From assembly GCA_963813535.1 (NCBI GenBank), contig CAWEZH010000003.1, positions 736,001 to 800,000 of the forward strand: DNA of 64,000 nucleotides, read 5' to 3'. The notes below the pieces were generated by a model that was not told the origin of the DNA, did not search any database, and worked only from the letters and a program-made list of their open reading frames with translations. Both the position numbers and the translations under genes were made by a program. This document shows positions 1 to 9,821 of the stretch, one piece after another. Position 1 is the stretch's first letter; the number at the start of each line of letters is the position of its first letter. The DNA comes from an uncultured Chloroflexia bacterium (GTDB taxonomy: Bacteria; Chloroflexota; Limnocylindria; Limnocylindrales; CSP1-4).

Positions 1-75
1 TGGGGGGATGAGGGTGAACGTCTCCTCATCGACGACGTCGACGATCGTGACCGAGCGGGGATCAGGGGTCTCCAT
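1..75 (-). CDS. N-terminus of a protein running off the left edge (METPDPRSVTIVDVVDEETFTLIPP...)
   Basis: ATG at 75 (minus strand), open to the window edge; TAGACT -10-like hexamer at 92-87. Confidence 0.5.
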   Translation of the reverse strand, partial: METPDPRSVTIVDVVDEETFTLIPP

Positions 76-182
76 GGCCGTTCGAAAGTCTACGGTGCGT
101 GGACGCCACGAACCGGCGAATCGGCGTTGTAGAGTCCGCGCATGGCAGTGCTCGGGGTGCTGCCCATCGGGGGACCCACCAC

Positions 183-665
183 ATGCTCGAACGAGTCGAG
201 GGCGACGCATATGTCGTCCTGGGCATCGCGCGCGACGCCGACGACAAGGCCATCGCGATGGCGCATCGTCGTCTTGCGCGCCGCCACCACCCGGACGTGG
301 CCGGCGAGGAGGCGAACACCCGGATGATGCGGATCAATGCCGCATACGACGCGATCCGGACACCCCAACGCCGCGCCGAGTACGACCGCGCCCGACGCCA
401 CGCCGCGTTCCGTGACGGCACCGGCGGCGCCGGTCGACCGCCCGGGCGTCCATCTGGCAGCGTCCTCGATTTCGGCCGCCACGTCGGCTGGTCGATCGGC
501 GAGATCGCCCGCGTCGACCCTGGCTACCTCCAGTGGCTGGCGGATCGCGCCGAGGGGCAGCCCTATCGCAAGGAGATCGATCCGATCCTGGATCGCATGG
601 GACTGAAGACGACCAAGGCGGATCCGACCCTCCCGCCCTGGCGCCGCGGCCTTGCCTTTCGCTGA
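183..665 (+). CDS. DnaJ (J-domain) protein with a short C-terminal FGxxxG...PxYLxW domain
   Basis: DAYVVLG...LARRHHPD...INAAYDAI J-domain with the HPD motif; start codon uncertain (ORF opens at 99). Confidence 0.8.
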   Translation: MLERVEGDAYVVLGIARDADDKAIAMAHRRLARRHHPDVAGEEANTRMMRINAAYDAIRTPQRRAEYDRARRHAAFRDGTGGAGRPPGRPSGSVLDFGRHVGWSIGEIARVDPGYLQWLADRAEGQPYRKEIDPILDRMGLKTTKADPTLPPWRRGLAFR

Positions 666-718
666 GCCCCGGTCGATCCGCCACTGACCCGCGGCCGTTC
701 GCCGCTCGGGACGCTCGA

Positions 719-2308
719 TCAGTCGCCGGGTCTGGCGAGGTCGGCCAACGCACCGTCCCGGACGAGCTCCAGGGCGGCTGCCAGATCGGGACCCGGTTCA
801 CGATCGCGATCGAGGTGCGCGATCCGTTCGCGGATGCGCCCGCGCGCCTCGGCGACACCCGCCCCGGGCTGAGGCGACGATCCGTCCTCCGCGCCTACGG
901 CGTCGAGCCGCAGGTCAAGGGCCTGGGCGCCCACCACGAGCTCGATCGCGATGATGCGCTCGACGCCAGCGAGCACGGCGCGTGCGTGGCGCGCCGAGAT
1001 CGAGCCCATCGAGACGTGGTCCTCCTGGTTCGCCGACGTCGGGATGGAGTCGGCGGACGCGGGATGCGCAAGGACCTTGTGCTCGGAGACCAGGGCCGCC
1101 GCGGTGTACTGGTAGATCATCATCCCCGACTCGATGCCGGACGAGGTCGTCAGGAACGGCGGTAGCCCCCCGTTGAGCCGCGCATCGACGAGGAGCGCCG
1201 TCCGGCGCTCGCTGATCGAACCGAGCTCGGCGACCGCGAGCTTGGCGTAATCGAGGACCAGCGCGAGTGGCTCGCCGTGGAAGTTGCCGCCGCTGATGAC
1301 GCGTCCGCCGCCCGTCGCGAGCACGTCACCCTCGGCCACGCCGCCGCCCGGGAAGACGAGCGGGTTGTCCGTCGCCGAGTTCAGTTCGATGTCGAGGACG
1401 CGCCTGAGCTGATCGAGCGCGTCGCGCACCGCACCATGCACCTGCGGGACGCAACGCAGCGAGTACGGGTCCTGGACCTTGTGGGCCGACCCGTGATGCG
1501 CTCGTTGCAGGCCGCTGTCGCGCAGCAGGTGGCGCAGCTCGGCCGCCACGGCGATCTGGCCGGGATGCGGCCGTGCCAGCTGGTACGCCGCAGCGAAGGC
1601 GACATCCGTGCCCAACAGGGCCTCGACCGACTGCGCGGCCGCGACGCTGGCGGTGCGGACCAGGCGATCGGCATCCGCCAGGAACAGCGCGGCGAGGGCG
1701 CTCATCATCTGCGTGCCGTTGAGCAGGGCAAGCCCTTCCTTCGCTTCGAGCTGGAGCGGCTCGAGGCCCGCGGCGGCGAGGGCGTCGGCGGCGGGCGCGA
1801 CCTGCCCGTCGATCTCGACGTCGCCCTTGCCGATCAACGGCAGCGCGAGGTGTGCGAGCGGCGCAAGGTCGCCCGACGCGCCCAGGCTGCCTTGCTCCGG
1901 CACGACCGGGTGGATACCGCGATCGAGGAAGGCCAGGAGGCGATCGACGAGGAGCGGCCGGCAGCCACTGTGACCGAGCGCAAGCGTGTTGGCCCGCAGC
2001 AGCAGCATGGCCCGGACGACCTCGCGCGGGAGCGCCGTGCCGACACCGGTCGCGTGGCTCATCAGGAGGTTCGCCTGGAGGCGTCCGGCCTGATCGGCCG
2101 GGATGGACGTCGTCGCGAGGTCGCCGAAACCCGTCGTCACGCCATAGACCACGGCGCCGGCGTCGACCAGCTCCTCGATGACATCGCGCGCGTCCTGCAT
2201 CCGGCGGCGGGCCATGTCGTCGAGTCGGGCGCCCACCCCCAGCCGCGCGACGGCCTCGACATCCGCGATCGAAAGATCCGCGCCCGTCAGGACGATGGGG
2301 TCGGTCAC
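719..2308 (-). CDS. hutH: Histidine ammonia-lyase
   Basis: VYGVTTGFG, GSLGASGDLAPL (MIO ASG), KEGLALLNGT, QDPYSLRC, NQEDHVSMG. Confidence 0.95.
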   Translation of the reverse strand: MTDPIVLTGADLSIADVEAVARLGVGARLDDMARRRMQDARDVIEELVDAGAVVYGVTTGFGDLATTSIPADQAGRLQANLLMSHATGVGTALPREVVRAMLLLRANTLALGHSGCRPLLVDRLLAFLDRGIHPVVPEQGSLGASGDLAPLAHLALPLIGKGDVEIDGQVAPAADALAAAGLEPLQLEAKEGLALLNGTQMMSALAALFLADADRLVRTASVAAAQSVEALLGTDVAFAAAYQLARPHPGQIAVAAELRHLLRDSGLQRAHHGSAHKVQDPYSLRCVPQVHGAVRDALDQLRRVLDIELNSATDNPLVFPGGGVAEGDVLATGGGRVISGGNFHGEPLALVLDYAKLAVAELGSISERRTALLVDARLNGGLPPFLTTSSGIESGMMIYQYTAAALVSEHKVLAHPASADSIPTSANQEDHVSMGSISARHARAVLAGVERIIAIELVVGAQALDLRLDAVGAEDGSSPQPGAGVAEARGRIRERIAHLDRDREPGPDLAAALELVRDGALADLARPGD

Positions 2309-2328
2309 GACGCCGAGGATAGTCGGCT

Positions 2329-3003
2329 ATGCTCCCCGCCGTGTTCGACTTCCTGAACGGGCCGGTACGGGACCTGGTCACCCAGATCTACGACGCGGTG
2401 GGGTATGTCGGGGTCGCGCTGTGGGTGGCCATCGAGAGCGTGATCATCCCCATCCCGTCCGAGCTGGTGCTCCCGTTCGCCGGGTTCCTCGTCGGGACGG
2501 GCGACGCCATCGAGCCGCTCACCGGGCAGCCGTGGTCGTTCTGGCTGGTCGTGCTCGCTGGCACGCTCGGGGCGACGGTCGGCGCCCTCATCGCGTACGC
2601 GATCGGCGCGTGGGGCGGTCGGCCGTTGATCGAGCGCTGGGGCCGCTATGTCGGCATCAAGGCGGCCGACCTCGACCGCGCCGAGACGTTCTTCGCCCGC
2701 TATGGCGAGGCCGCCAGCTTCTTCGGCCGGATGGTGCCCGTCATCCGCTCGCTGGTCTCGTTCGCGGCGGGTGTCGCCCGGATGCCGCTCGGGCGCTTCG
2801 TCATCTTCTCGTTCCTCGGGTCGCTGCCGTTCACGGCGGTCCTCGTGTTCGCGGGCGTGCAACTCGGGTCGAACTGGGAGTCGGTGGGAGCCGTCCTCAA
2901 GCGCTTCGAGTACGCGATCGTGGCGGTGCTCGTGCTCGTCGTGCTGGCCTGGATCTGGTTCCGGATCATCAAGCCGCGCAGGTCCGCCCGCGCCAACGCC
3001 TGA
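2329..3003 (+). CDS. DedA family membrane protein
   Basis: IESVIIPIPSELVLPFAG and FFGRMVPVIRSLVSFAAG DedA motifs. Confidence 0.9.
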   Translation: MLPAVFDFLNGPVRDLVTQIYDAVGYVGVALWVAIESVIIPIPSELVLPFAGFLVGTGDAIEPLTGQPWSFWLVVLAGTLGATVGALIAYAIGAWGGRPLIERWGRYVGIKAADLDRAETFFARYGEAASFFGRMVPVIRSLVSFAAGVARMPLGRFVIFSFLGSLPFTAVLVFAGVQLGSNWESVGAVLKRFEYAIVAVLVLVVLAWIWFRIIKPRRSARANA

Positions 3004-3007
3004 CGCA

Positions 3008-4282
3008 TCAGCGGTCCCCCGCGACGGCCACCTCCTCCGGCGGCCGGACGGACTTGAAGTCGCGGTAGATCAGCAGGTCGTAGACGATCTTGAGGCTCCC
3101 CGCCAGGAAGAACGGGAGGGCCACGGTGCCGGCGCTGGCCATCAGCACGCTCGAGAAGGAGGGCGAGACCGCCGCGCCGACCGTCCGGGCGATCCCGGTC
3201 ACGCCGGCCGCCGCGGAGCGCTCATCGGGGTCGACCACCGCCATCACGTAGGACTGCCGCGTCGGCACGTCCATCTGGCTGAGGCTGAACCGCAAGAGCA
3301 GGACCGCGACAGCGAGGGGCAACGTCGGCATGAGCGGGACGAGGATCAGCAGCACGTTCGATGGCAGGTGGGTGAACACCATCGTCTCGATGAGGCCGAT
3401 GCGCGCTGCGATCCGTGCTGCGGACAGCGACGACACGGCGGCGAGGAGATTGGCGGCGAAGAAGATCAGCCCCAGGGTGCCCGGGCTCACGCCGAACTGG
3501 ACCGTGAACCAGAACGCCATCAGGCTCTGTGGGATGAAGCCCCCCGCGAAGGCGTCGAGTGAGAACAGGGCCGACAGGCGAAGGACCACCGAGCGCGATC
3601 GTCCCAGCCCCAGTCGACGGGCGATGCCGTCATCGGCCGCTGCCGATGGCGTTGGGACCTCGATGCCGGAGCCGAGGCGCCACGCGAGGACCGCCATGAC
3701 TACGCCGATCAGGGCATAGCCGACGACCACCGCCCGGTACGCGTCGACGGCCTGCCATCCCGCACCGATCAGCGCCTGGCCGAGCAGTCCGGCGGCCAGC
3801 GCGCCGGTCGCGGTCGCCACGTAGCCGACGACGTTGTACCAGGCGAACGTGGCGGTCCTGCGCCGGTCCGGCACGATCTGCGTCAACGAGGACTGCTCGA
3901 CCGCGAGGAACGGCCCGACCTCGTTGCCGGTCGGCGAGATGACGCCGACGATGCCGGCCAGGATCAGCAGCGGCAGCCAGTCGGTGAGCGCGAACACGAT
4001 GCCCGCGATGACCACCAGCAGGCTGCTGACGATCAGGACGCGACGCCGGCCGAGACGGTCCGCATGGGTCGTGAGCCACAGCGACACGAGCGTGTCACCG
4101 ATGAGGGTCAGCGTCAGGACGGCACCGATGGCCAGCGGGTCGAGGCCGCTCGCATCGAGGTACAGGACGAGGACGACCGCGAGGAACCCGTACCCGAACA
4201 TCCGAACGGTCCGCAGGGCGAACAGTGCGCGACCATCGGGACCGAGGCCGCGCAGGCTCGAGACGAGGGACGCGTCGGTCAT
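3008..4282 (-). CDS. MFS transporter
   Basis: ~12 TM segments, motif A ADRLGRR, SQMDVPTRQSY; start placed at the ATG downstream of TAGACT. Confidence 0.9.
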   Translation of the reverse strand: MTDASLVSSLRGLGPDGRALFALRTVRMFGYGFLAVVLVLYLDASGLDPLAIGAVLTLTLIGDTLVSLWLTTHADRLGRRRVLIVSSLLVVIAGIVFALTDWLPLLILAGIVGVISPTGNEVGPFLAVEQSSLTQIVPDRRRTATFAWYNVVGYVATATGALAAGLLGQALIGAGWQAVDAYRAVVVGYALIGVVMAVLAWRLGSGIEVPTPSAAADDGIARRLGLGRSRSVVLRLSALFSLDAFAGGFIPQSLMAFWFTVQFGVSPGTLGLIFFAANLLAAVSSLSAARIAARIGLIETMVFTHLPSNVLLILVPLMPTLPLAVAVLLLRFSLSQMDVPTRQSYVMAVVDPDERSAAAGVTGIARTVGAAVSPSFSSVLMASAGTVALPFFLAGSLKIVYDLLIYRDFKSVRPPEEVAVAGDR

Positions 4283-4337
4283 ATCGGCGTCGAGTCTAGG
4301 AGTCGTCGCCACGTCAGGCTCTGCCACAATGGCCGCG

Positions 4338-4562
4338 ATGACCACATCGCCACACGACAGCGACCGACCGGGTCACGAAGGCGCTGTCGCCCATCACGCA
4401 GCGGACGACCACGGCGAGGACCACGGTCACGACGACCACGCCCACGACGAGGCCATGCCCCTCGGCCCGGTCGACGTCGTGGCCTGGGGCGTGGGTGCGA
4501 TCGGGGTCGTCCTCGGGCTCGCGGTGGCCGCAGCCTTCGCGCTCTCGGTCGGGGCGATCTAG
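4338..4562 (+). CDS. Small His/Asp-rich single-TM protein
   Basis: HHAADDHGEDHGHDDHAHDE followed by a hydrophobic helix; CACAAT 7 nt upstream of the ATG. Confidence 0.7.
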   Translation: MTTSPHDSDRPGHEGAVAHHAADDHGEDHGHDDHAHDEAMPLGPVDVVAWGVGAIGVVLGLAVAAAFALSVGAI

Positions 4563-4628
4563 ACCGGCGATCGAGACCCGCTGACGTCGGCCGGTCAGGG
4601 CGCGAGGGCGCCCGCGAGGGACCTCGAG

Positions 4629-6335
4629 CTAGAACAGCCCGACGACGTTGCCCTCAGCATCGATGTCGATCTTCTCGCCGCCCGGCTTCGACGGCAGTCC
4701 CGGCATGGTCCGCATCTCCCCGCAGAGCGGCGTGATGAACCCCGCGCCGGCCGAGAGGCGGATCTCGCGGATCGGCACGGTGAACCCCGAGGGTGCGCCC
4801 TTGAGCGCGGCATCGTGGCTGATCGAGTACTGGGTCTTGGCCATGCAGATCGGTAGATGGCCGAAGCCCATCGACTCGTAGAGCTTCAGGGACTTCTGTG
4901 CGGCGGGTGTCAGCTCGATGCCATTGCCGCCGTAGATCTCCTTGACGATCGTGAGGATCTTCTCGCCGAGCGGTGCCTCGTCCGGGTAGAGCAGCTTGAA
5001 CGAACGGGACGGATCCTCTGCCGCCGCCCAGACCGCCTCGGCGAGGTCCGTGGCGCCGGCGCCACCGTCCGTGAAATGGGTCGCGACGACCGCGTCACGA
5101 GCACCGGCGGCCAGGGCGACCTCGCGGATCGCCTCGACCTCGGCCGGGGTGTCGGTCGGGAACGCGTTGATCGCCACGACCGCCGGGATGCCGAACCGCC
5201 GGACGATCCCGATGTGCGCGGCGAGGTTCGACGCGCCGGTCCGGACCGCCTCGACGTTCTCCTCCAGCAGGGCCGGGTCCAGCGGCTTGCCCGCGACGAT
5301 CTTGCCGACGCCACCGTGCATCTTGAGCGCCCGGACCGTGGCGACGACCACGGCCGCGTCGGGGGCGAGCCCGGACGCGCGGCACTTGATATCGAAGAAC
5401 TTCTCGGCTCCCATGTCGGAGCCGAAGCCGGCTTCGGTGCAGACGATGTCGTTGGTCACCAATGCCACGCGGTCGGCGATGATCGAGTTGTTGCCGTGGG
5501 CGATGTTGCCGAACGGCCCGCAATGGACGAACGCCGGCCCGCCTTCCAGGGTCTGGAGCAGGTTCGGCTTGATCGCATCGCGGAGCAGCACGGTCATCGA
5601 GCCCGCCACGCCCAGGTCCTCGGCCGTGACCGGCGATCCATCGACCCGCGTCGCGAGGACCATTCGACCGAGCCGATCGCGCAGGTCGAACAGGTCGGTC
5701 GCGAGGGCAAGGACGGCCATGACCTCGGAGGCGACCGTGATGACGAACTCGGTCTCGCGGGGCACGCCGTCCTCGCGTCCGCCGAGCCCGATCACCGCGT
5801 GGCGAAGCGCACGGTCACTGATATCGAGGACGCGCGGCCACAGGATCCCGTGTGGATCGATCCCGAGCGGGTTCTTGTGATGGAGGCTGTTGTCGATGAA
5901 CGCCGCGGCGAGGTTGTGCGCGGCTCCGATCGCGTGGACGTCGCCGGTCAGGTGGAGGTTGAAGTCCTCCATCGGGATGACCTGGCTGTACCCACCACCC
6001 GCGGCCCCGCCCTTGATCCCGAACACCGGGCCGAGGGACGGCTGGCGGATGTTGACCGATGCCTTGCGGCCGATCCGGTTCAATCCCTGGGCGAGGCCTA
6101 CGGTCGTCGTCGACTTGCCCTCGCCGAGTGGCGTCGGGGTGATGGCGGTGACCACGACGTACTTGCCGCGGGGCCGCTCGGCTTCGAGGCGGGTGATGGC
6201 TTCGAGTCGGACCTTCGCCTTCGTCGGGCCGTAGAGCTCGAGCTCATCGTCGCGGATGCCGAGGTCGGCGGCGATGTCGACGATCGGTCGCGGGGTGACG
6301 GAACGCGCGATCTCGAGGTCTGACGGAAAGCTCAT
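4629..6335 (-). CDS. fhs: Formate--tetrahydrofolate ligase
   Basis: TPTPLGEGKSTT, GIKGGAAGGGYSQ, EAGFGSDMGAEKFFDIKCR, TMPGLP. Confidence 0.97.
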   Translation of the reverse strand: MSFPSDLEIARSVTPRPIVDIAADLGIRDDELELYGPTKAKVRLEAITRLEAERPRGKYVVVTAITPTPLGEGKSTTTVGLAQGLNRIGRKASVNIRQPSLGPVFGIKGGAAGGGYSQVIPMEDFNLHLTGDVHAIGAAHNLAAAFIDNSLHHKNPLGIDPHGILWPRVLDISDRALRHAVIGLGGREDGVPRETEFVITVASEVMAVLALATDLFDLRDRLGRMVLATRVDGSPVTAEDLGVAGSMTVLLRDAIKPNLLQTLEGGPAFVHCGPFGNIAHGNNSIIADRVALVTNDIVCTEAGFGSDMGAEKFFDIKCRASGLAPDAAVVVATVRALKMHGGVGKIVAGKPLDPALLEENVEAVRTGASNLAAHIGIVRRFGIPAVVAINAFPTDTPAEVEAIREVALAAGARDAVVATHFTDGGAGATDLAEAVWAAAEDPSRSFKLLYPDEAPLGEKILTIVKEIYGGNGIELTPAAQKSLKLYESMGFGHLPICMAKTQYSISHDAALKGAPSGFTVPIREIRLSAGAGFITPLCGEMRTMPGLPSKPGGEKIDIDAEGNVVGLF

Positions 6336-6351
6336 CGAGTCTCCTGGTCGA

Positions 6352-7228
6352 TCACCGCGCGGCGACCTGGCGCTCGGCCGCGCGGATGAGGTGGGTGAGC
6401 AACAGGGCGTTGGTCAATGGTCCGACGCCGCCGGGTACGGGGGTGATCGCGGAGGCCACCCGGCGCGCCGACTCGAACTCGACGTCGCCGCGGATGTGGC
6501 CATCGACGACGTTGATGCCGACATCGACGACGACGGCTCCCGGCTTGAGCATCGCGCCGGTCACCAGGCCCGGGTGCCCGGCGGCGACGACCACGATGTC
6601 GGCCCTACCGATGTGGCCGCGAAGGTCCCGTGTCCGCGAGTGGGACACCGTCACCGTGGCGTCCTCCTTGACGAGCAGGAACGCGGCAGGCATGCCCACC
6701 ACCGCCGAGCGGCCGATGACCAGCGCATCCTTGCCCGCGATCTCGATCCCCGATCGGCGCAGGATCTCGACGGCGGCATGCGCGGTGGCAGGCAGGAACC
6801 CGTCATATCCCAGCCGGAGCAGCCCGGCGTTCAGCGGGTGGATGCCATCGATGTCCTTGGCCGGGTCGATCGCATCGATGACCGACCTGAGGCGGATCGT
6901 GCGCGGCAGCGGCATCTGCACGATGACGCCGTCGACGGTCGGGTCGCTGTTGAGGGTCCTGATCGCCTCGACCACGGACGATTCCGTCGCCTCGCCCTCG
7001 AGCTCGGCGAAGCGGGCGTCGATGCCGACCTTGGCGCAGCCACGCAGGATCTGTTCCAGGTAGACGGTCGAGGGCGCATCGCGCCCGATGATCACGACGG
7101 CCAGGCCCGGCGGGCGTCCCTGGGCCGCGGTGAAGGTCTGCGACATCCTCCGCGACGGCCGCGCGGATCTCGGCGGCGATCGGCCCGCCTTCGAGGAGCC
7201 GGGCCGTGCCGGTCGAAGCGTCGATCAC
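6352..7228 (-). CDS. folD: Bifunctional methylene-THF dehydrogenase/cyclohydrolase (one frameshift near 7141)
   Basis: VQMPLP, KDIDGIHP, GRSAVVGMP, TPVPGGVGPLT; the N-terminus (LLEGGPIAAEIRAAV) is in another frame; GTG overlaps the fchA stop. Confidence 0.9.
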
Positions 7229-7905
7229 GCCGGCTCGGTCGGCGCGACGGGATCGCGTCGGTCGCCCGAGGCAACGACCTTGTGCGCCTCTGCCGCGAGG
7301 TCCTCGATCGCTGCGAGGAGCTCGGAGACACGGGCCATGGTCTCGCCTTCGAACGAGGGGTCGCCCGTCGACGGGAGATTGATCAGGACGTTCGCGGCGG
7401 CACCGCGGGCGGCCGCCTCGCCGAGCATCGCTGCGACGTCGACGTCGCTCGCCGCGTTCGGATTGCTCCTGCCGGCCAGCACCTCGGCGGCCCCGACCAG
7501 ATCGAGGCAGGCCTCGAGGCACTCCAGCGGGACCTCCGATGCGCGTCTGGCGGCGGTCCGCATCGCCGTCGATCGAGCTTCGATCTCGGCGTCGGTGTCG
7601 CGCGGCAGCTTCAGGGCAGCCGCGAAGCCGGCGTATGCGTGGGCGTCGTCGTCGGCGATCGTGAGGAACCGATCCGACAGGCGACGGCCGGTCTCGAGTG
7701 CCCACGCGAGCATCGGCTCATGGTCGACGTACTTGGGACGGCCCGTGGTGAGCGAGGCCACCATCGTCACGAGACTCGCCGCGAGGCCTGCGGCGACCGC
7801 CGAGGCACTGCCGCCGCCTGGCACCGGTTCGGACGACGCGAGCCGGGACGCGAACTCGTCGATCGTGACGTCGCGGAATCGGCCTTCGGGTCCACTGGGG
7901 TGCAC
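7225..7905 (-). CDS. fchA: Cyclodeaminase/cyclohydrolase family protein (FchA-like, FTCD C-terminal domain)
   Basis: LASSEPVPGGGSASA, NPNAASD, NVLINL. Confidence 0.85.
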   Translation of the reverse strand: MHPSGPEGRFRDVTIDEFASRLASSEPVPGGGSASAVAAGLAASLVTMVASLTTGRPKYVDHEPMLAWALETGRRLSDRFLTIADDDAHAYAGFAAALKLPRDTDAEIEARSTAMRTAARRASEVPLECLEACLDLVGAAEVLAGRSNPNAASDVDVAAMLGEAAARGAAANVLINLPSTGDPSFEGETMARVSELLAAIEDLAAEAHKVVASGDRRDPVAPTEPA

Positions 7906-7986
7906 CGCGCGATTGTAGGTTGCCGCCCGCACCGTTCGTACGCGCGAGTGCGCGCGCCGGTCCGCTCGGTGTCGAGACGCGTCGAA

Positions 7987-8017
7987 GGGGCGGGTGCGGT
8001 ACCGGCGCACCCGCCCC
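7987..8017 (-). terminator. GC-rich hairpin downstream of the small SOS gene
   Basis: GGGGCGGGTGCG / CGCACCCGCCCC perfect 12-bp stem; poor U-tract. Confidence 0.5.
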
Positions 8018-8073
8018 CACTCGACAATTCGCCAGCGGCGTCAGGGAGGGACGACCCCGCTGGCCTTCGGTGG

Positions 8074-8343
8074 TCAGGCCGCGGTGCGCGCCTCGTCGAG
8101 CGCGGTCACGGTCCAGCGCTTGGATCGATGCTGATAGGACAACGCGAGTCGTGCCCGCGGTGTCTGGACCTCGAACAATGTGCGAGGGCCGGTGATGACC
8201 GGATAGGCCGCCGCCTCCTCGCGGATGACGGCGAGATCGGTGATCGGTAGTCGTTCGGCGCCCCAGGTGATCTCCCTGGGCCGTCCGCTGAACCAGTCGG
8301 TCCGGACGTGGACTGCGACCGGCGCGACACGGGTGAATGCCAT
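8074..8343 (-). CDS. Small SOS-regulated protein, DUF6504/ImuB-C-terminal-like
   Basis: 89 aa, GRPREITW...FEV...L.Y....RW pattern; AAGGAGG SD; two SOS boxes upstream. Confidence 0.7.
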   Translation of the reverse strand: MAFTRVAPVAVHVRTDWFSGRPREITWGAERLPITDLAVIREEAAAYPVITGPRTLFEVQTPRARLALSYQHRSKRWTVTALDEARTAA

Positions 8344-8398
8344 GTCAGCCTCCTTCAGGGGGCGATACGGACCCGTCGTCCGGAGCACTCGGCCGACA

Positions 8399-8449
8399 GA
8401 ACATCTGTTCGATGTGGTGACACTAGACCGAACACTTGTTCGATGTCAA
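8399..8449 (-). promoter_or_regulatory. sigma70 promoter (TTGACA-N18-TAGTGT) with two LexA boxes
   Basis: GAACATCTGTTC at 8399-8410 and GAACACTTGTTC at 8430-8441; -35 at 8449-8444, -10 at 8425-8420. Confidence 0.9.
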
Positions 8450-9753
8450 GGGTCATCGGGTGGAATGTCGTCGAGCTCCGTGTCAGCTAGGTTGTCACGA
8501 GCTGCGCGCGCGTCCGGATCCTCGTCCACGTTCTCCGTCGGCAGACCGCGCGCACGGCGGTCCAGCGGATTGCGCGGGTCCCGCTCGAACGGCGCCGGCA
8601 GGTCGGATCCCACGAGCCGTCCACGCGTCACCGCTCGAGATCCGTACCGACGTCGGACCGCATCCGCCGCCTCGACCACCTTCCTCCGGCGCGGATCGTC
8701 CCCCGCGAACAGCTCGAGCTGCTCGCGCTCGCCGAGGTTCGACGCGCTCACCCCGAGCAACCGGACGCGTATGCCACGGACCTGTGGCCGGGTCAGCTCC
8801 AACGCCGTCCGGTAGATCGGCTCGGTCAGATCGGTCGGTTCCGCGAGGGTCCGCTGGCGAGTGATGGTCTTGAACGAGGAGTCGCGGATCTTCACCGTGA
8901 TCGTCGATGCTCGGACGCTGGCGGACCGCAGGCGCCCGGCGACCCCCTCGCTCAGGGCCAGCAGGGTGCGCTCGATCACCTCGGGGTCGGAGCTGTCGGT
9001 GTCGAACGTGGTCTCGTGGCCGACGGACTTCGCGGGGTCGCCCTCGTGGACGGGGTCGTCGTCCATGCCCAGTGCTCGCGTCCCCAGCGACGCACCGTGC
9101 TTCCCGAATCGACGCACGAGCAGATCGGGCGACAACGCCGCCAGGTCGCCGATCGTCTTGACGCCGTATTCCTCGAGGACCGTCGCCGTCTTCTGGCCGA
9201 CCCCCCACAGGCGCGAGATCGGGAGCGGCGCGAGGAACGCCGCCTCCTCTCCGGCCGGGACGACGACGAGGCCGTCGGGCTTGCGGAGATCGGACGCGAT
9301 CTTGGCGACGAGCTTCGTCGTCGCTACCCCGACCGACGCCGTCAGCCCGACGTCGTCCCGCACCGCCGACTTGATCGCCGCCGCGATCGCCGGTCCTTCA
9401 CCGAAGAGTGGCCGCGAACCGGTCACGTCGAGGAACGCCTCGTCGATCGAGATCGGCTCGACCTGCGGCGTGAACCGGCGGAGGATCGCCATCACGTCCC
9501 GTGACGCCTGCTGGTAGCGGCGCCCGTCGACGGGCAGGAAGACACCATGCGGGCATCGGCGGAATGCCTCGGTGACGGACATCGCCGAGTGGACGCCGTA
9601 TGCCCGCGCCTCATAACTCGCGGCCGAGACGACGCCACGTCCGGGCGGCACGCCCCCGACGATGACCGGCTTCCCGCGCAGTTCCGGATGGTCGCGCTGC
9701 TCGACCGCGGCGAAGAACGCGTCGAGGTCGACGTGGAGGATCGTCCGGTCCAT
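8446..9753 (-). CDS. dinB: DNA polymerase IV
   Basis: HVDLDAFFAAVEQ, SYEARAYGVHSAM, SIDEAFLD, KIASDLRKPDG. Confidence 0.95.
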   Translation of the reverse strand: MDRTILHVDLDAFFAAVEQRDHPELRGKPVIVGGVPPGRGVVSAASYEARAYGVHSAMSVTEAFRRCPHGVFLPVDGRRYQQASRDVMAILRRFTPQVEPISIDEAFLDVTGSRPLFGEGPAIAAAIKSAVRDDVGLTASVGVATTKLVAKIASDLRKPDGLVVVPAGEEAAFLAPLPISRLWGVGQKTATVLEEYGVKTIGDLAALSPDLLVRRFGKHGASLGTRALGMDDDPVHEGDPAKSVGHETTFDTDSSDPEVIERTLLALSEGVAGRLRSASVRASTITVKIRDSSFKTITRQRTLAEPTDLTEPIYRTALELTRPQVRGIRVRLLGVSASNLGEREQLELFAGDDPRRRKVVEAADAVRRRYGSRAVTRGRLVGSDLPAPFERDPRNPLDRRARGLPTENVDEDPDARAARDNLADTELDDIPPDDP

Positions 9754-9821
9754 GGCGCGGGTATCATCGCGCCGCCGCGGACGACGCGGCCGGCCGGGCT
9801 ACGGCAGTGGGGACGAGGGTG

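Noticed and set aside
142-327. Alternative 61-aa ORF with TAGAGT 6 nt upstream
   Set aside because: It overlaps the J-domain gene out of frame and has no recognisable features; it may only mark the transcription start
7906-8073. ZTP/THF riboswitch upstream of fchA-folD-fhs (minus-strand GGGGTCGT...CTGGCGAA...GTGGG)
   Set aside because: The downstream GCCTGGG pseudoknot partner is missing, and a TACAAT 6 nt before the fchA start implies a leaderless mRNA
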